NCBI GenBank assembly: GCA_002709665.1
Contig: PAQK01000029.1
Location: forward strand, 31,874-95,873
Direction of reading: 5' to 3'
Origin: Gemmatimonadota bacterium
GTDB taxonomy: Bacteria; Latescibacterota; UBA2968; GCA-2709665
Length of the DNA stretch: 64,000 nucleotides
Under the pieces are notes generated by a model. The model was not told the origin of the DNA. It did no database searches and saw only the letters and a program-made list of their open reading frames with translations. The position numbers were made by a program, and so were the translations under genes. Of this stretch, positions 45,501 through 54,663 are shown piece by piece; position 1 is the first letter of the stretch, and each line of letters opens with the position of its first letter.

Positions 45501-45744
45501 CGAATACACACTGACCCAGTTGAGACACAAGGGGATCAGGAAACTTCTGTCGATATTTGGCAGCGGGAAGAAGCCGACCACCGCAGTGTCTGTGGAGCGG
45601 CTTGGAGAGACTCCGGATTCGGCGGAATACCTGTCGTTGGATCTTAGCAGGGCGGGCAGGGGCGATTTCCGATTGGATATCAAGGTGAAGGACCGCAACG
45701 CTGGAACGGAGAAAGAAACTTCGTTGGAGCTTGTTCTGCACTAG
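42529..45744 (+). CDS. Secreted/lipoprotein TPR protein with a divergent GWxTD-type domain (array member P1, 1071 aa from ATG 42529)
   Basis: ATG 42529 with AGGTGA upstream (track start GTG 42520). Signal/lipobox MQLRTAIAAFLFLSFSQGC. A unique ~330-aa N-terminal region precedes the TPR region (AYMGMADAYFRQMNYKDAKFYYNKALKRDPE...). GWxTD-region homolog: FFRKIWVSRDPTP...NARLSEHYRRLLYVERHY...NDKGLVYLRHGEAS. C-terminal VYVYFELYNLTPSESG...DFRLDIKVKD block is shared with P2-P4. Confidence 0.65.
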   Translation: MQLRTAIAAFLFLSFSQGCLLQAAVDSNEVDVQVDGWLPGIRDTLHLTVGRNRATRVSGDLDGIRFPCRDVRTRLKDLQRQNRQVIHSPKRDVDIMNKGLELGEYNRTELRQGLNNIRKRRLGARVGLNVVGLLKQIVEDPDLTARWAPPVRDVLVVNRNCRELAVDVRDSDTVQVVYTPAFSSFKQEDIPSEDLFGKMAKVKVAVAVHDSTTAAQVFENHSSMTAGGGSLLEVGVSDLRGRASGLWKGDDSRGVLVFPSVLVPRPGRLILDGAEPASERDLESVQVVRIQDGTAVQEALREAEKATSSGVDGAVSDGETASADLGPASYREGVRKLDEGDLESALTHFKATVGEDTRHAHAYMGMADAYFRQMNYKDAKFYYNKALKRDPELTMALWKLGDLAFVQEDWVAAKNVYGKILTSQPEHLFAMFRRAIAYRDNGKSLATVFRWMEWRRSEQFFRVVATKDPLFEDVHYQHAILKRYQGQYKKAILLGEKQVALKSEIASTRLGLFRLYYHYLDNKGTNEVLAWLQKQNSPTSRYFVGEALRYKGEFARADSVLNTWIGSNPQVSVAPAFLSLARIAFQDFKPQIGEVQFWRAVDSIQDSLDAQLVYQDVKYIVNLEEMSAFQEITTVDDWKTFFRKIWVSRDPTPSVEWNARLSEHYRRLLYVERHYLFDGFRTWFNDPDKFDNLDFLETTDLNDRFNDKGLVYLRHGEASDIQKPMDLREVWWYWKTKEYPEMVFNFAASPTAVGSNWRLVESALGSGNLSARVRWDVEKRIRKVRRSVSEGLVTDRHTWDEKVDALDYESYLAFFKGDEGKNSVELYYGIELKELKKVTKELVDTDPVFEYGFALHDLDWNRFVNENGTVTLSNWDAISYEDWGIGTVKAQGNADSCQAAFFLRPSSKSLLGGWKGGIRIPEISSTELDMSSVVPAYEIDQDKETEDVFSSRGIHMVPNPSRRFPRKEPVYVYFELYNLTPSESGLTSFEVEYTLTQLRHKGIRKLLSIFGSGKKPTTAVSVERLGETPDSAEYLSLDLSRAGRGDFRLDIKVKDRNAGTEKETSLELVLH

Positions 45745-46060
45745 AAGGACGACGGCACGATGTGGACGAACTGGCGGTGTGCAAGGCAGATGAGTGGGTA
45801 GGTTCCGATACGTCGTTCCTTGCGGATAGAAAGCACAGCGGTGCGATTGGCTTGAATGTATGGTTTCGATTGTGTATCTTGAATGATGTTGTGGACGCAG
45901 CGAAGATGTCCATACTTGAACGGTCCGGGAAATCGTTGATGCCGGGCCATTTTCTATTTATGACAACTCCTGGATCCAGGTGCGTTTGTCCGGCAGCCAT
46001 CAGACTATCCGGGAATCTTGTAAACCCGCACAGGACGGCGGATAGGAGCACCCGACAGAA

Positions 46061-48199
46061 ATGTATAGATTTCCCGTTTTCTTGATACTACTTGCGATGG
46101 TCGGTATCGAATCAGGAGCGGAGGCAAAGCCACGTACGTCCCTAGTGGATTCGCTAATTTCAGTTTCGGCGGATACGACCATGAGTCTTCCTGCCAGGGA
46201 GGAGATGCTGAAAGAGGCCTTGGAACATGATGCATCCGGCAAGGCGATGTTCGCACTGGCTGAGCTCCACGCGGGCAGGGCAGCGGGGTCAAACCGAAAG
46301 AAGGCCAAGAAATGGCTGAAGCGCGCTGTGGCTAGAGAGCCAGAGAATGCGAATTATCTGGGAACATATGCCGGCGCCATCTGGCAATGGGGGGGAGTGA
46401 TTCCACCCAGGAGAAACTCAGCGTACAAGATAGCCAGAAAGGCGCTGGAGCTAGACCCAAATTGTGTTGAGGCGCTTTACTGGGCGGGTCGGTATCTGGC
46501 ATGGTCCTGGGAAATGAGTTTTTTTACAGAGGCAGACGATTACGACAAACCAGACTACAGAGATGATACCGCTATTGCTGGAAAAACCTTTGTTCAGCGC
46601 GGCTATTCCAATCTGGACGTTGAGGTCGGGATCGATTTCTTCACCAGGGCAATCGAAATTGACCCCTACCACTGGCCCTCTCGGGTACAGCTCGGGCTCA
46701 TTTACCACATGGCCCAAAGACCGGCCGTACTTGCAGCGCTTTTCGAGGATTACCTAAAGATTGTTCCGGAAAGCCGCGACGGCTACTTTTTCAAGGGTCT
46801 GGGCTATCAGATGGCAGGCAACTTGCAGAAGGCTTACGATGCCTACGTCGAGGCATTGGCAATAATGGAAGGAACGGAGCGTCGATTCATGCAGAGCATC
46901 TTCATGATCAGGGACAAGAAGGCTGAGAAGAAGGGTACACCCTTGCCCGATGAATCAGACATAGCGAGGTTCTGGTTCGGCAGAGATCCGTTGTTTCTGA
47001 CTGAAATCAATGAGCGCATGCTCGAGCAGTGCAGAAGGGTCGGATACGCCAATCTCAGGTTTGGCGATCCAAGGAATGGTCTCGAGGGTTGGCAAAGCGA
47101 CAGGGGACAGGCCTACATCAGATATGGAGATCCCATCGCTAGGGGCATGGTTGCGGCAGATATCGATCTGGGCTTAGACAAGACCCTGACCGAACAGAAG
47201 GAGATGGCACGCGACGCGGGCACTTCAGGCGCTCTGTACAAGCTTACTCCCAGAATCGAGAAATGGTCCTACGACGGATTCGATGTCAGGTTCGAGAACA
47301 CGAACACGTGGAACTCGTGGCGGTTCGGGACCGCAAATCTTGGATTCCTAGAGTTGTCATTTGCGGACCTTGTCAAAGTGGTACCGGATTACTATAAATA
47401 TCTGCACCAATACGATGTTCCCTACCAATTTGCACAGTTCAGAGCCCAAAACGGGGAGACCCGCATAGAGGTGTACTATGCGCTCGAGGGTGAAAAGGTG
47501 GTCAACAAGAAGCTGACGCCAGGGGTAAGGGAAGTACATGTCACACAGGCACTTTTTCTATTTGATACAGAATGGGATACGCTCAAGCGGGTAGTGGGCA
47601 GGGTGACGACCATGCCCTGGGTGAACTACGAATCGACTAAAGCCGGGTACCTCTTTGCCGGAGAACAATTGAGCCTGGTTCCGGGATCCTACCATCTTGC
47701 CGGAGAAGCCGAGGACCAGAAAAGCAAGAAAGTCGGAACCTTCAGGGATTCTCTTCATGTTCGTAAGTTCGATATGGATTCTCTACAAATCAGTAGCTTG
47801 TTGATGGCTCGAAGAATCGTTGAGAAAGAGGAGGGTGAGTACGGCAGGGCGCGGTTCCTGATTCTCCCGAACCCTTTGAAGCAGTGCTCGCGTGACGGAC
47901 AGGCGACGTTCTATTTTGAGATCTACAACCTGAGCCAGGATACCTTCGGCGCGACTCACTACCAGGTGAGCTACCAAATGCAGATGTTGTCGGAAGAACA
48001 AACCTATTCCGCCGCTGAACCAGAGTGGACAACGGAGGTTTCCTACGATTACCGGGGCGCACGAGATTGGGAAACCTACAGGCTCACGTTGAAGATGATC
48101 GAGTCCACGCCGGGGGAAAGAGCGTTTCGGGTTAAAGTGAAGGATTTGCTGAGCGAAGAGGAAGTCGAGGGAACGACGGTGTTCCGGGTGAAGTGGTGA
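46061..48199 (+). CDS. Secreted TPR / GWxTD-domain protein (array member P2)
   Basis: Signal peptide MYRFPVFLILLAMVGIESGAEA. TPR/Sel1-like repeats. FWFGRDPLFLTEINERMLEQCRRVGYANLRFGDPRNGLEGWQSDRGQAYIRYGDP (GWxTD signature at 47087-47101). C-terminal FYFEIYNLSQDTFG...RAFRVKVKD. Confidence 0.75.
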   Translation: MYRFPVFLILLAMVGIESGAEAKPRTSLVDSLISVSADTTMSLPAREEMLKEALEHDASGKAMFALAELHAGRAAGSNRKKAKKWLKRAVAREPENANYLGTYAGAIWQWGGVIPPRRNSAYKIARKALELDPNCVEALYWAGRYLAWSWEMSFFTEADDYDKPDYRDDTAIAGKTFVQRGYSNLDVEVGIDFFTRAIEIDPYHWPSRVQLGLIYHMAQRPAVLAALFEDYLKIVPESRDGYFFKGLGYQMAGNLQKAYDAYVEALAIMEGTERRFMQSIFMIRDKKAEKKGTPLPDESDIARFWFGRDPLFLTEINERMLEQCRRVGYANLRFGDPRNGLEGWQSDRGQAYIRYGDPIARGMVAADIDLGLDKTLTEQKEMARDAGTSGALYKLTPRIEKWSYDGFDVRFENTNTWNSWRFGTANLGFLELSFADLVKVVPDYYKYLHQYDVPYQFAQFRAQNGETRIEVYYALEGEKVVNKKLTPGVREVHVTQALFLFDTEWDTLKRVVGRVTTMPWVNYESTKAGYLFAGEQLSLVPGSYHLAGEAEDQKSKKVGTFRDSLHVRKFDMDSLQISSLLMARRIVEKEEGEYGRARFLILPNPLKQCSRDGQATFYFEIYNLSQDTFGATHYQVSYQMQMLSEEQTYSAAEPEWTTEVSYDYRGARDWETYRLTLKMIESTPGERAFRVKVKDLLSEEEVEGTTVFRVKW

Positions 48200-48319
48200 G
48201 GAGGCGAAGCGCGTTTGGTGTCCGAAGTCGACGTCTGGTGAAAGAGCAAGAGAAGGCGTCGAGAGTCTAGAGTCGAGCCTAGAGGAGTCGGGTGATTAGC
48301 TATTCTCGACCAGGCTCGA

Positions 48320-50332
48320 ATGTATGGGGGCGAGTTCGAGATGGTGATTTGGTTACTAGTTGTCTTCTCCCTGACAATGGTGCGACCCGTTTGGGCAAAG
48401 GCGGACGTATCCAATGTGGATTCATTGCTCTTAAGGGCGATGGATGATAAGGTGCAGTATAAGGACAGGAAGCGTGCGGCAAAGCGAGCTACCAAGCTGG
48501 AATGGTCGCCTAGAACGATGGATGTAATGGCACGGGTCCTGATGGTTGGGGGAAAAAAGACATCGGCCCAGGAGGCGGAGCACTGGGCGCTTCGCGCGAT
48601 CAGGAGGGAGCCGGACAACCCCGATTACAGGGCGACATATGCGGAGCTCCTATGGATCTGGGACAGAAGAGAGGATTCCTACACCCAGGCCAAGCGGGCG
48701 ATTGAATTGGACTCGAATCATGCTCGCAGCTTGTATTGTGCAAGCCAGTTTCTTATGTGGCAGATCCAGTTCTTTATGGACGGAGAACGGGAACGCGGCA
48801 GAATACATCTGAATGAGTTCGCGGAGAAGGATCGAGAAGAGGCGATCGGGTATTTGGAACGCATTCTTCAGGCAACACCCGACAATCGCCAGGGCAGAGT
48901 GCTGATGGCTATGGTGTATTACGACGGTGGTTTACCGGGGCGATTAGTTGCTCTTTTCAAAGACTATCTGGAGCGACACCCGGAGGATCGTGACGGGCAT
49001 TTCTTCCTGGGTCTGGGGTATCAGGTTAAGGAGGAACTAGAGTCCGCCTATCGATCCTACTCCCGAGCCGTCAATCTGATGGATGCCGGTGAGAAGGCAT
49101 TCATGCAATCCATGTTTCTTTTGAGTGAGAAGAGGAAACTGGAGGAACGAAAAAACCTGCCGGGATATTCCGATATAAGGAAGTTTTGGACCGGAAAGGA
49201 TCCGCTTTTCCTTACACCCGTAAACGAACGGTTGATGGAACACTGTAGAAGGGTGGCCTACTCGAATCTCAGGTTCGGCGATCCCAGGACCAGGACGGAG
49301 GGTTGGCGGACGGACCGAGGCCAGGCGTATATTCGATACGGACACCCACTGTCCAGAGTGGGGCAGCTTTACAGCGGTGAGACATGGGTATACGATACAT
49401 TCCGCATTCACTTCAAGTATGGCGGAATCAGAGATCTGTGGCGATTCGGGTCGGTGTCGGTTCGCGGTCAACGGATGGGTTTCTCAGAGCTCGTCCACCG
49501 GGTTCCCGATTTCTACAGAGACCCATACAAGTGGGAGCGATACGACGCACCCAGTCAGATCGCACAGTTCCGGGAGCTCGATGGCCGCACACGAGTGGAA
49601 ATCTACTATGCGCTGCCTGGAAGCGAGGTCAATCACAAGACCAGATCACCCGGCGTACGCGACGTAAATGTGCGCCAGGGATTTTTCTTGTTCGACGCGT
49701 CTGGTGACACGGTCAGGTACGACATTGCAAAGGTCGGTCAGATGCCGTGGGTTGAATACAACAAGATGTCTCACGAAGGATATCTGTTTGCTAATGAACG
49801 ATTGAATCTGAATCCCGGAGAGTACTATCTGGCCGCAGAGGTGCAGGATCAGTCATCCAGCACGATCGGGACCTTCCGCGACTCCTTAAGGGTGCGTGAG
49901 TTCGGTCACAAGGATCTCGAGGTGAGCAGTCTTCTCGCTGCACGCCGGATTCTTGAGAAGGATAAGGGACCGTTGAACAGGGACCGTTTCATGATCCTAC
50001 CTGACCCCGTGGGGAAGTGTGAAACCAACGGGAGCATGTCCTTCTATTTCGAGGTATACAATCTGAAGCGGGATGCCTTCGGCCAGACGAACTACCGGGT
50101 TACGTATCAGACGCGAGCGCTTCGAGAAGGCTTTTTATCAGAGCAATCCCCCAGCCGATGGACCACGGCTGTTTCCCATACGTTCAAGGAATCCCGTTCC
50201 TGGGAGCCACACTATATGCGACTCGATTTGAAGCGATCGGTTCCTGGTCTGCGTGCGTTCAGGGTTGTGGTGGAGGATATCAAGAGCGGGCAGCTTGCGG
50301 TAGCCTCCTCAGTGTTTCGAATCACTCCGTGA
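48320..50332 (+). CDS. Secreted TPR / GWxTD-domain protein (array member P3)
   Basis: Signal peptide MVIWLLVVFSLTMVRPVWA (probable start 48341). FWTGKDPLFLTPVNERLMEHCRRVAYSNLRFGDPRTRTEGWRTDRGQAYIRYGHP. FYFEVYNLKRDAFG...RAFRVVVED. Confidence 0.75.
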   Translation: MYGGEFEMVIWLLVVFSLTMVRPVWAKADVSNVDSLLLRAMDDKVQYKDRKRAAKRATKLEWSPRTMDVMARVLMVGGKKTSAQEAEHWALRAIRREPDNPDYRATYAELLWIWDRREDSYTQAKRAIELDSNHARSLYCASQFLMWQIQFFMDGERERGRIHLNEFAEKDREEAIGYLERILQATPDNRQGRVLMAMVYYDGGLPGRLVALFKDYLERHPEDRDGHFFLGLGYQVKEELESAYRSYSRAVNLMDAGEKAFMQSMFLLSEKRKLEERKNLPGYSDIRKFWTGKDPLFLTPVNERLMEHCRRVAYSNLRFGDPRTRTEGWRTDRGQAYIRYGHPLSRVGQLYSGETWVYDTFRIHFKYGGIRDLWRFGSVSVRGQRMGFSELVHRVPDFYRDPYKWERYDAPSQIAQFRELDGRTRVEIYYALPGSEVNHKTRSPGVRDVNVRQGFFLFDASGDTVRYDIAKVGQMPWVEYNKMSHEGYLFANERLNLNPGEYYLAAEVQDQSSSTIGTFRDSLRVREFGHKDLEVSSLLAARRILEKDKGPLNRDRFMILPDPVGKCETNGSMSFYFEVYNLKRDAFGQTNYRVTYQTRALREGFLSEQSPSRWTTAVSHTFKESRSWEPHYMRLDLKRSVPGLRAFRVVVEDIKSGQLAVASSVFRITP

Positions 50333-50436
50333 ATTCGGACGGAACACAGTGCAAAGGGCAGGAAACAGCATATCCTTAAAGATATTCTGGAAATACCAAC
50401 CTTCGTTTTGCCGGGCGGGCAACAGGAGATAGATGA

Positions 50437-52464
50437 ATGATACGGATTTTTCTTCTGGCGGTACTTACCTTGGGGAACTGCAATTCAGCCTTTTCTGAAT
50501 CAGACTCGGAGATGGTCGATGCATTGCTTTCTTCCGCATCGGATACGTCTCTATCCCATTCCAGACGTGTGGGGATGATGGAAAAGGCGGCTCGAAAGGA
50601 TAAAACGGGCAGAGCGATGCATGCCTTCGCCAGGTACTACCTGAATCAAAATACCGTACTTTCACGCCAGTTCGCCAGGCAGTGGCTGAGGCGTGCGATC
50701 AAGCGCGAGCCGGACAATGTGGACTATCAGTTGACCAGTGCGGAGATCTACTGGCAATCCGAGAATCGCGATAAGTTCTACGAAGAAGTGCGACAGGTTA
50801 TTGCACAGAACCCGTCCAGTGTAAAGGCGCTCTACTGGGCGGGACGTCATGCCGCAAGGGAAATGGTGTACAATCTCGAACGGGAGACGCTCCACTCGGG
50901 TCCTGAAAGAAAAAAAAGATTCAATTACGGCGCATACGGGTTGGAGATGCGGAACCAGGCTATAGCGTACCTGACGGAGGCTCTGAACCAGGATCCGGAT
51001 CACAGAAGGGCACGCACACTGCTGGGTCAGGTCTACTACGAAGGTCACCAGCCAGAGGAATTAGCTGAGCTCTTCAAGGCCTACATCCTTACCCATCCAG
51101 ATGACTGGCACGCCTATTTCTTCATGGGCCTTGGTCTTCAGGCAAAGAAGGACCTAGACTCAGCCTTCAATGTCTACTCCAAAGGTCTGAGCCGGATGTC
51201 GGAAACCGAACGACACTTTATGCAGTCGATCGGGATGCTTGTCGACAGGGATGCTCTGGAGGAAAGTGACGATTTGCCGGATGACGAAGCCCTGAGACGG
51301 TTCTGGAAGGGACGTGATCCGCTCTTCCTAACGCCCAGCAACGAACGGTTGCTGGAACACTGCAGAAGGGTAGCTTACGCCAACCTGAGGTATGGAGATC
51401 CAGATCGTGGGACGGACGGTTGGGAGACCAACCGTGGGCAGGTGTACATCCGGTACGGACATCCCGGGTCCCGGAACATCTATCTTGACCGCGCGAACTA
51501 TGTGCTGCTGCGAGAGACGTGGAGTTACCCCGGGTTCAGCGTGACGTTCGAGCGTATCAACGAGAATCGCTGGAATGTTCTGGAAGTCTGGATGCAGGGG
51601 ACCGTCCGAAGCCGCTACAAGGATTTGCTGGAGCGCGTACCTGAACACTATGAAGATCCGTACTGGCTGCGGCAATATGATGCGCCGCACCAGGTTGCCC
51701 AGTTCCGAGCTGAAGACGGTAAGACCCGGTTGGAGCTCTACTATGCCCTACCGGGAGAAGAGGTAGGACACGCGGAGATCAGTTCCGGCGTACAGTCCGT
51801 GGATTTGAGACAGGGACTGTTTCTGTTCGACGCAGAGTGGAACGAGGTTAAGAATTCCGTTCAGCCGCTCAAGAAGATGCCGTGGATAGAAGGAAATATC
51901 ATCCTCGAAGGGTATCTCTTCTGGGGTGAGCGCTTGAGCCTGGACCCCGGAAGCTACCATCTGGCCGTGGAGGCGGAGGATCGTAAAGCAAAAACTCTGG
52001 GAACGTTCCGGGATTCCCTGCAGATCCGCAAGTTTGGATCCGAAAACCTCGAGCTGAGCGGATTGTTGATTGCCCAGCGGGTTGTGGAACACGAAAGTCG
52101 GCCCTTCGGGAGAGATCGTTTCATGGTTTTACCCAACCCCCTGAAGCAGTGTCAGCGGGACGGGCACATCTCGTTTTATTTCGAGATCTACAATCTTAGC
52201 AGAGACGAGTTCGGGGCCACGAACTACCAGGTGACCTACCAGACGCGCCTGCTGCCCGAATCTCACGGGGAAGGAGAGCCGGTGCCGAAGTGGACGACAG
52301 CGGTGTCCAATACCTTCCAGGAGTCGCGGTCCTGGGAGCCGAACTACCTAAAGCTGGATATGCAAGGTCTGGCACCCGGTCCGTGGGCCTTTCGTGTAGT
52401 TGCGGAGGATTTGAGAAACGGTCAACAGGCCATGAGTACGGCGGTGTTTCGGGTAATGCCTTAG
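50437..52464 (+). CDS. Secreted TPR / GWxTD-domain protein (array member P4)
   Basis: Signal peptide MIRIFLLAVLTLGNCNSAFS. FWKGRDPLFLTPSNERLLEHCRRVAYANLRYGDPDRGTDGWETNRGQVYIRYGHP. FYFEIYNLSRDEFG...WAFRVVAED. Confidence 0.75.
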   Translation: MIRIFLLAVLTLGNCNSAFSESDSEMVDALLSSASDTSLSHSRRVGMMEKAARKDKTGRAMHAFARYYLNQNTVLSRQFARQWLRRAIKREPDNVDYQLTSAEIYWQSENRDKFYEEVRQVIAQNPSSVKALYWAGRHAAREMVYNLERETLHSGPERKKRFNYGAYGLEMRNQAIAYLTEALNQDPDHRRARTLLGQVYYEGHQPEELAELFKAYILTHPDDWHAYFFMGLGLQAKKDLDSAFNVYSKGLSRMSETERHFMQSIGMLVDRDALEESDDLPDDEALRRFWKGRDPLFLTPSNERLLEHCRRVAYANLRYGDPDRGTDGWETNRGQVYIRYGHPGSRNIYLDRANYVLLRETWSYPGFSVTFERINENRWNVLEVWMQGTVRSRYKDLLERVPEHYEDPYWLRQYDAPHQVAQFRAEDGKTRLELYYALPGEEVGHAEISSGVQSVDLRQGLFLFDAEWNEVKNSVQPLKKMPWIEGNIILEGYLFWGERLSLDPGSYHLAVEAEDRKAKTLGTFRDSLQIRKFGSENLELSGLLIAQRVVEHESRPFGRDRFMVLPNPLKQCQRDGHISFYFEIYNLSRDEFGATNYQVTYQTRLLPESHGEGEPVPKWTTAVSNTFQESRSWEPNYLKLDMQGLAPGPWAFRVVAEDLRNGQQAMSTAVFRVMP

Positions 52465-52580
52465 CCTCGCGACTTCGCTAAAGCCAAGTCGGGCGGGCAC
52501 GCGTAGGTTGTACCGTAGCAGGCAGATGAGTCGCTCTGGTGAATTTGGATCACCTGGGCGATTGTTTTTGTACGTGAGAT

Positions 52581-54554
52581 TTAGTAGTTGTGGACGCCGT
52601 GGCCCTGGCCTGGGAACCAGATGGCGTCTACGATAAAGGATAGGGTTACCGCAGTGACGTAGCCTACCAGGATACCAAGGAAGGCGGGTTGCCATTTGCG
52701 GTAGAGGGTGACGCCACCAATTCGAAGAAGTGTGGCTTTGAAGGCCCAAACTACCAGAATCGAGAAGAACGTGAGCTGGGTGTTCCAGGAAAAGGCGATC
52801 GGAAAGGCAATCGGATGGAACGGCCACCATGTGAATCGGTAATGCAGGAAGGTGAGAATTGACATTGCTGCGGCACCGACACCGAATACCGCTAGCCGCT
52901 CCCAACTGGTGTCGAAGGGACTGCGCATCTGTGTGACGGTGAGGTTGTAGGCGAACCGTCCTGCCGAGGAGAACGGCCATGCATTGAAGTTGAAGGCCCC
53001 TGTTTGATACCCCAGGTGGATGGTGTGGAAAAAGTCTGCGATAAGGCCGAAGAAGATGACAGCGATGAGCGCAGGAACTAGCCGCCGACGGTGGTTCTTG
53101 ATCAGGTCCGCGAGACGGGCGACGTGCATCAGAGGAGACATAAATGTGCCTTTGCCCTGGCACACGAATCCGTAAGTCAGGCTGATGCCGGACAGGCTTG
53201 TAGGTGTAAGGTTCCGGGTCCCTATCGTGTAGAGTGCGGCGTATTGTTCTGCGAGGGTTGTTCGCATATAGGCCAGGCCGGTTTCAGCAACAATTCGGGC
53301 CATGGAGAGGTAGTTGATGATGAGGGCGGGGATGAGGAGTGCGACGAGTTTGCCCTGCATCCCCAGCTGCATGAAAAATCCGCACAGGATGGCGAGGCCG
53401 CCAAACAGGCCGAAAACGGCTGTGCGATAGGTGAGCAGCTCGTCGCTGTCGTCTGCATCCCCCGACCCAAAGGCTTTGAGGAACACGGCCTTGATATGGT
53501 CGCGGGCAGTCCAGAGATTCCAGAGGACGAGGACGGTAAGGGCGCCGAATCCCTGCCAAGCGGTGACTTCGGTTTCTGCAGAGAAGTTCGTGGGTTTGCG
53601 AGGGATGGCATACCCGACCCGGTTGATGATCCCATTTTCGAACCAGAAGAATATGATGAAGAAGATAACGATCGAGAAGAGGACATTCAGGTTGGCGAAG
53701 TAAGCAAATCCTGCGGTCAGGAAGTTGATTCGGGTGTTGATGCGCGGGAATCCTTTTGCGAAAACAACCCATTGTCCTGTGATAGGAAGTTTCGGTACAA
53801 TCGGCCAGAAGTAGTTGAGAATATTCCAGGAGATGGCGCCGAATCCCACACAAAACCCTCCCCAGAAGAGGTGCCCACGGAAGGAATCAGGCATGATCAG
53901 ACCGGGTGAAGCCTGGGTAACTGTAGCGCCTACAGAGGCCAGGGGAAAGATGAGACGTTCGTTCTGGACCCACTGCCGACGCAGGATTACGGCAATTGAA
54001 AACAGAACAGTGCAAAGTGCTAGGATGATAAGCACCCACCAGAAAATGGGGTAGAACCAGGTGGAGTACGGAGGCTGCTGACCGGCGGGCAAACCCTCGT
54101 AAAACCAGGTCATCGCATTGTGTTCGTTGGACGGAACGGCCCAGGTGGGCATGTTCGGGTGGAGATAGGTCGCCCATTGGTTTTCCGGTGTGGCGAAGTA
54201 GTAGACTCCGGAGATGATCCCCAGAAGGAAGCCGGTGATTCCAGATGTCGGGACGACCGCCCCCACGAATCCCATAGCGAGAATGGTGATGAGTTCCGAC
54301 TCTCGCAGGGCGTGGCGGGGCCAGTTGAGCCGAATAAGGCCATTTGTGATGACGATCAAAAGAAAGACCGCGAAGAGGGCGAGGGGGAAGAACGAGAGCT
54401 GCATCCGGGAGGCGTGAATTAGGTATTCGGTCGTAGAGATCCAGAAGTTGACCGCGAGGACCATGACGAGACCGATCACAACCGCCCGCAGGGTGAGGGC
54501 GTCGAATTTTGGATCAGTTACCGGGTCGAGTTTCAGGGCAGGATTTGAGGTCAT
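52581..54554 (-). CDS. Large polytopic membrane protein of unknown function (657 aa)
   Basis: Intact ORF, hydrophobic almost throughout with many predicted TM helices. No transporter signature that I can name. Confidence 0.55.
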   Translation of the reverse strand: MTSNPALKLDPVTDPKFDALTLRAVVIGLVMVLAVNFWISTTEYLIHASRMQLSFFPLALFAVFLLIVITNGLIRLNWPRHALRESELITILAMGFVGAVVPTSGITGFLLGIISGVYYFATPENQWATYLHPNMPTWAVPSNEHNAMTWFYEGLPAGQQPPYSTWFYPIFWWVLIILALCTVLFSIAVILRRQWVQNERLIFPLASVGATVTQASPGLIMPDSFRGHLFWGGFCVGFGAISWNILNYFWPIVPKLPITGQWVVFAKGFPRINTRINFLTAGFAYFANLNVLFSIVIFFIIFFWFENGIINRVGYAIPRKPTNFSAETEVTAWQGFGALTVLVLWNLWTARDHIKAVFLKAFGSGDADDSDELLTYRTAVFGLFGGLAILCGFFMQLGMQGKLVALLIPALIINYLSMARIVAETGLAYMRTTLAEQYAALYTIGTRNLTPTSLSGISLTYGFVCQGKGTFMSPLMHVARLADLIKNHRRRLVPALIAVIFFGLIADFFHTIHLGYQTGAFNFNAWPFSSAGRFAYNLTVTQMRSPFDTSWERLAVFGVGAAAMSILTFLHYRFTWWPFHPIAFPIAFSWNTQLTFFSILVVWAFKATLLRIGGVTLYRKWQPAFLGILVGYVTAVTLSFIVDAIWFPGQGHGVHNY

Positions 54555-54663
54555 CGAGATCTCTCTTTGGGTGGTCGACCAGCGAATCGATGGTCAAAAT
54601 AGGTTTTAGGGGAGGGTGGGTCAAGCGGTTTGGGGTCTTTGTCAGGGGGTAACGAGAAGGGAC

